Shown piece after piece: positions 7,243 through 14,767 of a stretch of 33,971 nt of DNA. The notes beneath the pieces were generated by a model. The model saw nothing but the letters and a program-made list of their open reading frames with translations. It searched no databases and was not told the DNA's origin. Source of the DNA: a bacterium (GTDB lineage: Bacteria > Patescibacteriota > Minisyncoccia > Phycocordibacterales > SBAW01); NCBI GenBank assembly GCA_021814825.1, contig JAKAHS010000002.1, positions 1 through 33,971 on the forward strand, given 5' to 3'. Both the position numbers and the translations under genes were made by a program. Each line of letters begins with the position of its first letter. Positions within the stretch are counted from its first letter, which is position 1.

Positions 7243-7579
7243 AGCGAGCGCGGGCACCTGGCCAGCAGGACAGGTCGCGCGAGCATGGCGAAGCGGAGCG
7301 AGGAGCGACGGCGACGAGCGAGCGCTTGGCCGAGCCCCGAAGAAAATGCATTTAGCTAATCCTCCGAGAGTACAAGATCCTCACGACTAGGACATAACGG
7401 AAAATTAAAAGCCACAATGGTTTTTCTTCTTAGAGCATTGATAACTAACGATATACACAGATCTGTGGATAACCTTGGGGACATGTGTATAAAAGACAAC
7501 GTCCAAGAAGACTTTTTGTTGTAAAATAAGGTTTGTTTGTTGGTCAAGGATTCTACTGTTTCATAAGAAACTTTTTCAC

Positions 7580-7942
7580 ATGAAAAAGAAGGAACACATA
7601 AAAATCGGGCCCCTGGGAGAGAGTGTAGCCTGCAATCATCTTAAAAGTATGGGGTTTTCTATAATCGACCGCAATTATCGTAAGGCCTTTGGTGAAATAG
7701 ATATCATCGCTAAAAAGGATGGAACCTTGCATTTCGTGGAGGTCAAGACTGTTTCGCGTGAAGCGAAGGATGGAATAGACCCTGCTGATAACATTCATGA
7801 ACGGAAAATGCAGAAATTTGGGCGGGCGGTTCAGGGTTACTTGTTTGATCATAAGACAAGTGGGCGTTGGCAGATCGACGCCCTACTTATTGTACTGAAT
7901 CTTGAGAAACAGACCGCTAAAGTTCAAATGATCGAATTATAG
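7580..7942 (+). CDS. yraN: YraN family (UPF0102) endonuclease-like protein
   Basis: Sequence is MKKKEHIKIGPLGESVACNHLKSMGFSIIDRNYRKAFGEIDIIAKKDGTLHFVEVKT. The GE.A..yL...G..I..RN.r...GEIDiIa......fVEVK pattern is typical of YraN. The gene sits in an AT-rich island. Confidence 0.85.
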   Translation: MKKKEHIKIGPLGESVACNHLKSMGFSIIDRNYRKAFGEIDIIAKKDGTLHFVEVKTVSREAKDGIDPADNIHERKMQKFGRAVQGYLFDHKTSGRWQIDALLIVLNLEKQTAKVQMIEL

Positions 7943-8039
7943 AGCTAGCTAAAAGGTGGTTTGGTGGGGGAGTAACGCCGTGCTACACTAGCTAAGTGCC
8001 AGTGTCTTAAAAGACATAAAGGACAGAGACGGGCTGTAG

Positions 8040-8110
8040 TATACCGGTAGTACACCTGCTTTGGGAGCAGGTAGACCGAGTCCGATTCTCGGCAGCCCGA
8101 AGATACAAAA
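8040..8110 (+). tRNA. tRNA-Pro (anticodon TGG), non-canonical T loop
   Basis: 71-nt cloverleaf. Acceptor CGGGCTG/CAGCCCG, anticodon stem CCTGC/GCAGG with loop TTTGGGA. The T arm is CCGAG-TCCGATT-CTCGG, with C where the near-universal U55 is expected. Confidence 0.8.
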
Positions 8111-8159
8111 AACACCGCCTATAGCGGTGTTTTTTGTATCTTCGGGCTGAACAAGCCAA
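8103..8159. terminator. 26-bp perfect hairpin that includes the tRNA-Pro 3' acceptor strand
   Basis: The arm cagcccgaagatacaaaaaacaccgc, loop ctata, and the exact complement ending ...ttcgggctg. T and A runs on both sides. Confidence 0.75.
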
Positions 8160-8294
8160 CTGCTTGGCTTGTGTTCGAGATCGAACGGCGGAGCATGTTT
8201 TGCGAGCTTTCCTGCGAGAAAAACAGCGAGCCGCGTCCAGCAGTACTTGTGAGTTTGGAGCCAAGGGCGAACAAACGAGCTAGTAACTGCGGGA

Positions 8295-8314
8295 CGATTC
8301 TCGGCAGCTCCGAA
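8295..8314 (+). repeat. direct partial copy of the tRNA-Pro 3' end
   Basis: CGATTCTCGGCAGC-t-CCGAA compared with 8093-8111 CGATTCTCGGCAGCCCGAA. That is 14+5 nt with a 1-nt insertion, about 200 bp downstream of the tRNA. Confidence 0.8.
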
Positions 8315-8331
8315 CGGAGCAAGTGCATATT

Positions 8332-8359
8332 GAAATCGCCCGCGTAAGCGGGCGATTTC
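8332..8359 (-). terminator. hairpin downstream of the serine protease gene
   Basis: gaaatcgcccgc / gtaa / gcgggcgatttc. 12-bp perfect stem. Confidence 0.6.
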
Positions 8360-8374
8360 ATGTGAAATGCAAGG

Positions 8375-9484
8375 CTACTTCTCGAGAGCCTGTTTCAGGG
8401 TCTGTAATTCTTGAGGTGCGAGGGTGCTGTTGAATTGATCTGCGGCTGCATTTAGGTCGCCGGAGAGTAGGCTGGCGATCGAATTTAGGCCGTCTTGCGA
8501 AAGGCTGTGGTCGACATGGCTTATGGTTATGGCTTCAAGATCGCGCCCCGCGGTCGTGGTGGCATTCGTGTCGGTGGTGATGATGCCGGCCAGGGTTCCG
8601 TCTTGTCGGCTGATGACGGCGCCGCCCGAAGCCCCGCTTTGGGATACCACTGTCCCGGGTACCGAGAACAGGTCGACCCATGAGTCCGTGCTGTGGAAGA
8701 TGTAGAGTTGGGCGATGGATGCGTATGATGACGAGCGGTAGAGCGACGTCGATATCAGGATCCCCCCAGAAAATCCTGCGGGGTAAGCGGAAAGGAGCAT
8801 CGGGTCGCCGGTCCGCGGAGCCACCCTGCTCGGCTCAATAAAAGGAAACGAAGAGGGAAGGGCAGTGTTTTTATTGGCGCTGCCAGTGATGAGCAAGAAT
8901 GCGTAATCGTTTTCGCCGGTGCCGCTTGGCGTTGGATCGCGCAAGATCGATGCGTTGTCATTGATCCAGCGCTCAGGCAGATACAAAAGCTTCGCGGTGT
9001 ACGTCGGCTTGGCTGGAGAGCCGGTGCGGACGGTGCATTGAATGTTGTCCGGCATGGGATAGTCGCGCAGGAGAAAGAATTGTCCGACGTGTGCGTTGGT
9101 GAGAATGACGCCGCGAGGATCGATAATGACGCCGCTACCACTTATCGGATCGAACGTGTTGCCTCCAGCGGTGCAAAAGATATTGACCACGGCACTGTCT
9201 GCTTCAGCAAGGAGCGCGTCCGGCGAGATCGAAGGTTCGGACTGCGTGGTTTGTTGTTCGGCGGTGACAGGTCGTGAGGAGGTGGCGAGCGATTGTGGTG
9301 CCGCGCTCTCGAGGGGCTTTGCCGTTGAATGCGTAACTTCTGGCACGGCAACGTTGGTGGTGGAGGAGGGAAGAGTCGGCGGTGATATGGCGGTTGTCTG
9401 CAGCTGCACCGCAGCCAGGTGGACCCCGAACAGAGCAAGAAGTCCGATCGCGATCTTGTTGAAGATGGAAAACAGAGCTGCCAT
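8375..9484 (-). CDS. membrane-anchored trypsin-like (S1/HtrA-type, no PDZ) serine protease
   Basis: N-terminal hydrophobic anchor (IAIGLLALFGVHLAAV), then a Ser/Thr/Pro-rich linker, then SGSGVIIDPRGVILTNAHV (His) and SQSGASGGAV (GxSGG Ser). TATAGT (9496-9491) lies 6 nt before the ATG at 9484. Confidence 0.8.
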   Translation of the reverse strand: MAALFSIFNKIAIGLLALFGVHLAAVQLQTTAISPPTLPSSTTNVAVPEVTHSTAKPLESAAPQSLATSSRPVTAEQQTTQSEPSISPDALLAEADSAVVNIFCTAGGNTFDPISGSGVIIDPRGVILTNAHVGQFFLLRDYPMPDNIQCTVRTGSPAKPTYTAKLLYLPERWINDNASILRDPTPSGTGENDYAFLLITGSANKNTALPSSFPFIEPSRVAPRTGDPMLLSAYPAGFSGGILISTSLYRSSSYASIAQLYIFHSTDSWVDLFSVPGTVVSQSGASGGAVISRQDGTLAGIITTDTNATTTAGRDLEAITISHVDHSLSQDGLNSIASLLSGDLNAAADQFNSTLAPQELQTLKQALEK

Positions 9485-9543
9485 AACTCTACTATAAACG
9501 TTTGCGCGGCCTTGTCGCGCCTGTTAAAGTAGTGCAGTAAGAA

Positions 9544-9614
9544 GCGGGCATAGTTTATCGGTAAAATGACTGCCTTCCAAGCAGTAGAGGGGAGTTCGAT
9601 TCTCCCTGCCCGCA
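9544..9614 (+). tRNA. tRNA-Gly (anticodon TCC)
   Basis: 71-nt cloverleaf. Acceptor GCGGGCA/TGCCCGC, anticodon stem ACTGC/GCAGT with loop CTTCCAA, T arm GGGAG-TTCGATT-CTCCC. No encoded CCA. Confidence 0.9.
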
Positions 9615-9620
9615 CTGAGC

Positions 9621-9654
9621 AAAACAAAAACCGCCTCACGGCGGTTTTTGTTTT
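9621..9654 (+). terminator. rho-independent terminator after tRNA-Gly(UCC)
   Basis: aaaacaaaaaccgcc / tcac / ggcggtttttgtttt. Confidence 0.8.
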
Positions 9655-9842
9655 TGTAGATTCTACAAACGCGGATCAGCACTTTTGCATAAGCTTCACG
9701 TAAAGCAAGCGCAACATATTTTCTACGCAATTCCGGATGCTGGAGTGAAAAACATGAGGAGGTGTACTTCCCGTACAGCGACGAATGTCTTTCACGAAGT
9801 GCCGGAAGGGCGTGAAAAGATGTGTGCTTGCGGCGTGAGAAC

Positions 9843-10118
9843 TTATTTAGCTACAGCGTCTTTGAGAGCCTTTGCTGCCTGGAACTTCGGAACGCGCATT
9901 GCCGGAACCGAAACGGGTTCGCCAGTGCGAGGATTGCGTGCGGTGCGTGCTGCGCGCATCTTGGTCTTGAAGATACCAAGACCGGCGATAGAAACCTCAC
10001 CACCTTTCTTGAGCTCCATGGTGACGCCATCGATAATAGCTTCAACGGCACGCTCAGCGTCTGCCTTGGTCGAACCAAGAACGCCCTGCACTTTCTCTGC
10101 GAGATCTGCTTTATTCAT
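9843..10118 (-). CDS. hup: HU family DNA-binding protein
   Basis: Sequence is MNKADLAEKVQGVLGSTKADAERAVEAIIDGVTMELKKGGEVSIAGLGIFKTKMRAARTARNPRTGEPVSVPAMRVPKFQAAKALKDAV. Canonical HU/IHF fold sequence. Confidence 0.95.
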   Translation of the reverse strand: MNKADLAEKVQGVLGSTKADAERAVEAIIDGVTMELKKGGEVSIAGLGIFKTKMRAARTARNPRTGEPVSVPAMRVPKFQAAKALKDAVAK

Positions 10119-10187
10119 ATGGAATGTACTAGCACGATTAATGTGTAGTGTCCCCCCACGCTTGCCCTAAAGGGGAGGGCTTGCCTA

Positions 10188-10215
10188 AGTATAGTTTTTT
10201 ACAGAAACCTTGCAA
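10188..10215 (-). promoter_or_regulatory. candidate sigma70-type promoter of hup
   Basis: Minus strand reads TTGCAA (10215-10210), a 16-nt spacer, then TATACT (10193-10188). This is about 70 nt upstream of the hup ATG. Confidence 0.5.
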
Positions 10216-10434
10216 TAGAGCCATACTTTTTGAATGTTGTTACAAAACCCTTGCGGGGTAGCGTAAAACCCAGGTCTTGCCAGGAAGAAGAGGTGGCTCT
10301 GTGTGAAGGTTCGATAAATACGTTGTAGAATAAGGGGTTTTGAGGTTTTTCTGCGCGGAGGCCTATTTCTAAGAATGGACGGCGCCACCATGCGGGCGCA
10401 AGATCAGCCGATTTTGCCTGCCCGGCACTTGTGG

Positions 10435-10469
10435 AAAACAGGGTTGCAGCGAAGCTGCAACCCTGTTTT
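10435..10469. terminator. 16-bp perfect hairpin downstream of rny
   Basis: aaaacagggttgcagc / gaa / gctgcaaccctgtttt. A and T runs make it bidirectional. Confidence 0.75.
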
Positions 10470-10495
10470 TTGCTGCGATCGTCGCAAGAACGCTG

Positions 10496-12025
10496 CTACC
10501 GTGCGTATTCTATCGATCGATTCTCGCGAATGACCATCACTTTCACCTCGCCCGGGTACTTAAGTTCGTTTTCGATGCGCGTTGCGATGTTACGTGCGAG
10601 TTCGCGTGCTGCAAGGTCGCTCACTTCTTCTGGTTTTACCATGACGCGCACTTCGCGTCCGGCTGAAATAGCGAAACTCTTTTCGACGCCGGCAAATGAA
10701 TTCGCGATCGCTTCGGTGTCAGCAAGGCGCTTGATGTAATTCTCAACGCTGTCGCGGCGCGCGCCGGGACGACCGCCGGAGATCGCGTCGGCGACCTGCA
10801 CGATGAATGATTCAGGTGTTTCGTACGGGTATTCTTCGTGGTGAGCCTCCATCGCTTTGATGATCGCCTCATCGACATTGAACTTTTGAAGGACGCGGCG
10901 GCCGATCTCGACGTGCGTGCCCTGCACTTCGTGGTCGAGCGCTTTGCCGATATCATGTAAGAGCGCACCCGCTTTGGCGACCTGCACGTTCACACCGACT
11001 TCCTGCGCGATCATGCCGGCGATGTGCGCCATCTCGATCGAGTGTTGAAGCACATTCTGTCCGTAGCTGGTGCGAAAATGCAGTCGACCGAGGATCTGGA
11101 GGAGTTTCGGATCAAGATTGAGCACGCCGCACTCATACGCCGCCTGCTCGCCTTTTTCTTTGATGACTTTGTTGATCTCGTTGCGAGCTTTTTCGGCTGC
11201 TTCTTCGATCTTGGCAGGCTGAATACGGCCGTCAACGATAAGGTTTTCGAGCGCGACGCGCGCGACCGCGCGACGAATGGGATCGAACGAAGAGAGGACG
11301 ATTGAGCCCGGCGTGTCGTCGATGATGACTTCGACACCGGTCGCGCGCTCGAATGCTTTTATGTTACGGCCTTCTTTGCCGATGATCTTGCCTTTGATGT
11401 CGTCGTTGGGGATCGTGATTGCGGTCGCCATCGTGTCGCTGCCGACCGAACTTGCGAGGCGGTGGATCGAGGTGGTGAGGATCTCGCGCGCCTTGCGCTC
11501 AAGACGCTCGGAACCTTCACGCTCGAGCTTTTGGATGCGGACCATCATGTCGTCGCCGAACTGGCGTTCGATCTCTTGCATCAAAAGATCGCGCGCTTCT
11601 TCTTTGGAAAGACCGGCGACCTTCGTGAGCGCATCGGCACGCTGCGTGAGGAGCTCATCAGCACGTTCGCGGATCTGTTTGACATCATCGATGCGCGTCT
11701 TGAGGAGCGCCAGCTCGCCGTCGAGTTCTTTCTGACGTTTGTCGAGTGCTTCTTCACGGGCGAAGACGCGGTCTTCGGCGCGCGACAGCTTGTCCTCTTT
11801 TTCTTTCAGCTCGCCTTCGGCGACGGCGAGCGTTTCCTTGCCCTTCTGCTCAGCTTCTTCGGTGAGCCGTTTGGCTTCTTCGCGGGCGTTGATAAGGATC
11901 TGTTTGACCTCAAGTTCGATCGAACCTTTCTTGGCGAGAACGTAGAGCCAGCGGAATACATAACCGATGGCAATGCCCACGACGCCAGCGGCGCCGAGGA
12001 GCAGGAATAACAGTTTAAGTGACAT
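10496..12025 (-). CDS. rny: ribonuclease Y
   Basis: N-terminal TM helix (LLFLLLGAAGVVGIAIGYVF), coiled-coil region, KH domain (IIGKEGRNIKAFERATGVEVIID) and HD domain (LLHDIGKA). The track start at 12043 is a TTG; the ATG at 12025 is preferred. Confidence 0.95.
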   Translation of the reverse strand: MSLKLLFLLLGAAGVVGIAIGYVFRWLYVLAKKGSIELEVKQILINAREEAKRLTEEAEQKGKETLAVAEGELKEKEDKLSRAEDRVFAREEALDKRQKELDGELALLKTRIDDVKQIRERADELLTQRADALTKVAGLSKEEARDLLMQEIERQFGDDMMVRIQKLEREGSERLERKAREILTTSIHRLASSVGSDTMATAITIPNDDIKGKIIGKEGRNIKAFERATGVEVIIDDTPGSIVLSSFDPIRRAVARVALENLIVDGRIQPAKIEEAAEKARNEINKVIKEKGEQAAYECGVLNLDPKLLQILGRLHFRTSYGQNVLQHSIEMAHIAGMIAQEVGVNVQVAKAGALLHDIGKALDHEVQGTHVEIGRRVLQKFNVDEAIIKAMEAHHEEYPYETPESFIVQVADAISGGRPGARRDSVENYIKRLADTEAIANSFAGVEKSFAISAGREVRVMVKPEEVSDLAARELARNIATRIENELKYPGEVKVMVIRENRSIEYAR

Positions 12026-12228
12026 ATGCGGTTGGACTTCCAACCACTATCCACCAACAAAAACAAAGCGCCGCTATGCTCAAGCGAGCGTTGCGAGTTC
12101 AAAAGTCCTTACAAATGAACAGCTTTTTGTCATAGTGGGAGAGAGCGAATGGAAATGGATTGAATTGAGTAATGTCCGTTGCCAGACAATTCAACCATAG
12201 CAGAAATGGAGCAAGTGGGCAATAAACG

Positions 12229-12281
12229 GGAGCGGACAGCACAAGGCGCGGACAACGTCCGCGCCTTGTGCTGTCCGCTCC
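12229..12281 (-). terminator. 25-bp perfect-stem hairpin downstream of clpP
   Basis: The arm ggagcggacagcacaaggcgcggac, loop aac, and the exact complement. Confidence 0.7.
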
Positions 12282-12292
12282 AACCTCGTTGC

Positions 12293-12949
12293 TTACTTGA
12301 CCTTCTGCTTTCCGGTGAAGACATCGTCGATGATGCCGTACTTTTTGGCATCCTCAGCATTCATGAAGTAGTCGCGCTCGACGTCGGCTTCGATCTTGGA
12401 GAGCGGCTGACCGGTCGCTTTGGAGAGGATCTTGTTAAGACGCTCACGCGTTGCGAGAATATGGCGCGCGGTGATCTCGATGTCGGTCGCCTGTCCCTGC
12501 GCGCCGCCCCACGGCTGATGGATCATCACCTCTGCGTTGGGGAGCGCGAAGCGCTTGCCCTTTTCGCCGGCGGCGAGGATGATCGCTGCAGCGGAGGCCG
12601 CCATGCCGACGCACACGGTCGCAACGGCAGGCTTGATGTAGTTCATGGTGTCGAGCATCGCAAGCGCTGCAGTGACCGAACCGCCAGGGCTGTTGATATA
12701 GAGCTGAATATCTTTCTTCGGATCTTCCGAGGCGAGGAAGAGCAGCTGCGCAATGATGGAATTGGCCGTGTAATCTTCGATCGGACCGCCGAGGAAGATG
12801 ATGCGCTCTTTGAGCAGACGCGAATAAATGTCGTAGGCGCGCTCGCCGTAGGGGCTTTTCTCGACCACCATCGGCACGAGCTCTGCGCGGATGTCTTTGG
12901 ATGTCATCCCGTTAGAGGCGGGATGCGAACTTTGTTCATGGTGTGTCAT
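12293..12949 (-). CDS. clpP: ATP-dependent Clp protease proteolytic subunit
   Basis: Sequence is ...[37 protein letters not shown]...[19 protein letters not shown]...[11 protein letters not shown]...MIHQP. Ser-His-Asp ClpP core. The start is ambiguous: ATG 12949 is the longest, while ATG 12907 ([14 protein letters not shown]) gives a more typical N-terminus. Confidence 0.93.
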   Translation of the reverse strand: MTHHEQSSHPASNGMTSKDIRAELVPMVVEKSPYGERAYDIYSRLLKERIIFLGGPIEDYTANSIIAQLLFLASEDPKKDIQLYINSPGGSVTAALAMLDTMNYIKPAVATVCVGMAASAAAIILAAGEKGKRFALPNAEVMIHQPWGGAQGQATDIEITARHILATRERLNKILSKATGQPLSKIEADVERDYFMNAEDAKKYGIIDDVFTGKQKVK

Positions 12950-13024
12950 ATCAAATGAAAGGGTAGATTATGTATAACACTGATCCCGTGTTTCCCGACG
13001 GGCGTTCGCGGCCTCTAACGGGAT
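12906..13024 (-). repeat. 14-bp perfect inverted repeat spanning the clpP start region (same core as at xth)
   Basis: ATCCCGTTAGAGGC (12906-12919, plus strand) and GCCTCTAACGGGAT (13011-13024). It extends through GCGAAC/GTTCGC with a bulge. Confidence 0.9.
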
Positions 13025-13090
13025 CATATACCGCACACCATAGCATGAAAATGGACGGATGAAAAATCGAAAACAGAAAATAAAAAAACG

Positions 13091-13115
13091 GCCTCGCAAC
13101 ACGGGGTTGCGAGGC
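13091..13115 (-). terminator. rho-independent terminator of the 182-aa orphan
   Basis: gcctcgcaac / acggg / gttgcgaggc. On the minus strand it is followed by cgttttttta. Confidence 0.8.
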
Positions 13116-13136
13116 GCGTTCGCCGAGGAGGCCGGT

Positions 13137-13685
13137 TCAGTTGATGGACTGCGATGCCAGGCTGTCGTCGAACCGGTAGAGCAGGGCGGTGGACTGCTTG
13201 ATCTCGACGCGGCCGACCGGCAGCGCGTTGATCAGAGGTCTGCCGCTACGCATGAGGTCGGTTGCGACGAAGATGCAGCGCTCGCCGTTGCGGTCGACGG
13301 TGGGAGCGTTCATGACAACGATGTCGGTGAACGACAAGGACTTGCCGTGGCGCAGCACCCATTTGATGAAGTCCGTGGGCGAGAGATGCGAGAGCGCTCC
13401 CTTCTTGAAGAGTTCGCGGCTGCGCTGCTTGAGCATGTTCGCGTCGAGCAGGTGATCGATCGTCTCCGGCCGCTTGGCGAACGCGAGATCGCGAGGGGTC
13501 ACCGCCCGCACCGCCGGGTGCTTGTGATTGACCGTGAAGCCATGAAGGAGACGCTCTGCGCGGCTGGTCAGGTCGCACACGCTGCGTGCCTGAGCGATGA
13601 GATCATGTGCCGTTATGCCGATCGGCATGTCGTGCGCGTTGGAGTTGAACCGAGAATCTTGCACCGCTGCAACTGCTCTTTGCAT
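13137..13685 (-). CDS. hypothetical protein, no family recognised
   Basis: ORF MQRAVAAVQDSRFNSNAHDMPIGITAHDL...FIKWVLRHGKSLSFTDIVVMNAPTVDRNGERCIFVATDL. GAGGAG lies 6 nt before the ATG at 13685, and the track start at 13703 lacks an RBS. It has its own terminator. The opposite-strand ORF 13059..13772 looks like a shadow. Confidence 0.65.
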   Translation of the reverse strand: MQRAVAAVQDSRFNSNAHDMPIGITAHDLIAQARSVCDLTSRAERLLHGFTVNHKHPAVRAVTPRDLAFAKRPETIDHLLDANMLKQRSRELFKKGALSHLSPTDFIKWVLRHGKSLSFTDIVVMNAPTVDRNGERCIFVATDLMRSGRPLINALPVGRVEIKQSTALLYRFDDSLASQSIN

Positions 13686-13808
13686 CTTCTTCTCCTCGAA
13701 CATGAATTACGGAAGGACTGTCCTGAGGTGGCCTACGCCATCCCATCAGCCGTTTTGTACGGTACCATATAAATCGAAAAATAGGAAATGGGCAGGCGGT
13801 GGGGAAGC

Positions 13809-13837
13809 AGCGCGCGGAGGCGAAGCCTCCGCGCGCT
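13809..13837. other. 13-bp perfect GC-rich palindrome between divergent genes
   Basis: agcgcgcggaggc / gaa / gcctccgcgcgct. No flanking T run. It lies 35 nt upstream of the sortase -10 element (about 47 nt before the sortase ATG). Confidence 0.5.
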
Positions 13838-13883
13838 TCGCCCAGAACCTGCCACCTGCCCGTCTTGGTGCTATAGTGGTGCC

Positions 13884-14759
13884 ATGAAGAGGAGGGGGGT
13901 CGCACAGCCGCGCGGGTTCGTTCTCGAAGTCGTTCTTGCCGCAATGGCGGTTTTCTTCGGCATTACGATCTGCGCGCAGGGTTGTTTCGCATCCGACGCG
14001 CAGCGCCGCATCCACGATCTGTTCGCGCCCGGCGCAGCGTCGACTCAACAGCAGCAAGAGAGTGCAGCGCCGTGGTGGCGCGTATCGGGAGAGTGGGTCA
14101 TGCACATGATCGGGGTCGCCTTGAATGCACCACTACCCAGTCCGCTCGGGCCAAGCGCCGCGGATACGATCATTCAGACGCAGAGCGTTTCTTCATCGAC
14201 TGAACAAAGTACTTCATTCTCGCCATTCGCATCCGGTTCGCCTGCCGCGCAACTGCTTCACGCGGTAGAGCCAGTCATCAATGCAGCGCTGCTGCCCCCG
14301 TCCAATAAAGGAGAGCTGCCGGTCAAGATCGTGATCGCTGAGGCGGGCGTCTCGTCGAGCGTATCGAACCCGACCACGACCGACATGTCGGTACTTGAAG
14401 CAGACCTTCTCAATGGTGCGGTGCGTTATCCGACCACGTCGCTCCTCGGTGAGAAGGGCACGATGCTTATCTTCGGCCACTCAAGTTATCTGCCGAAGAT
14501 CCACAACCCGGCATACCGCACATTCGACGGCGTCCAGAACCTTGTGCCGGGAACGATCATCCACGTATATTCGGCAACGACCGACTATCAGTACGCGGTG
14601 CGCAGCGTGGTGGTGATGGACGCAGCTGACGCGAGCGCCAACTCGATCCCGCTGCCCCGCGATAAACAATATCTGGTCATCGATACCTGCGACACGTTCG
14701 CCAGCAAGTCGGACCGCTTCGTGCTGACGGCGGATTTCGTGAAGGCGGTGGGATTGTGA
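13884..14759 (+). CDS. sortase family transpeptidase
   Basis: N-terminal TM anchor (FVLEVVLAAMAVFFGITI). Catalytic His (MLIFGHSS), Cys in YLVIDTCD (TLxTC-like) and Arg (SDRFVLTA). TATAGT (13872-13877) lies 6 nt before the ATG at 13884. The longer track start at 13788 is unlikely. Confidence 0.8.
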   Translation: MKRRGVAQPRGFVLEVVLAAMAVFFGITICAQGCFASDAQRRIHDLFAPGAASTQQQQESAAPWWRVSGEWVMHMIGVALNAPLPSPLGPSAADTIIQTQSVSSSTEQSTSFSPFASGSPAAQLLHAVEPVINAALLPPSNKGELPVKIVIAEAGVSSSVSNPTTTDMSVLEADLLNGAVRYPTTSLLGEKGTMLIFGHSSYLPKIHNPAYRTFDGVQNLVPGTIIHVYSATTDYQYAVRSVVVMDAADASANSIPLPRDKQYLVIDTCDTFASKSDRFVLTADFVKAVGL

Positions 14760-14767
14760 ACGAGGAT

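Noticed and set aside
6298-7390. ORFs 6298..7032(+), 6989..7351(-) and 7076..7390(+) crossing the tRNA-Gly/tRNA-Arg region.
   Set aside because: They run through tRNA genes or antisense to cca, and through GC-rich non-coding filler. They have no RBS and no protein-like sequence.
10216-10434. 220-nt spacer between the rny terminator and the hup promoter, considered as a possible sRNA. It has an AGAGCCA/TGGCTCT long-range pair, and ORF 10185..10391 lies on the minus strand.
   Set aside because: There are only weak short stems, no promoter/terminator pair delimiting a unit, and the 68-aa ORF has no RBS and an implausible sequence.
13059-13772. 237-aa plus-strand ORF overlapping the orphan gene.
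   Set aside because: Its composition (R, G, D, E, A, V rich) and lack of an RBS suggest a shadow. The minus-strand ORF has an RBS and a terminator. Neither frame has a recognisable family, so this call is less certain than the others.
13788-13883. N-terminal extension of the sortase ORF (MGRRWGSSARRRSLRAL...).
   Set aside because: It has an alternative start codon, an Arg-rich nonsense sequence, and crosses the GC palindrome. ATG 13884 has the TATAGT-N6 geometry and is followed immediately by the TM anchor.
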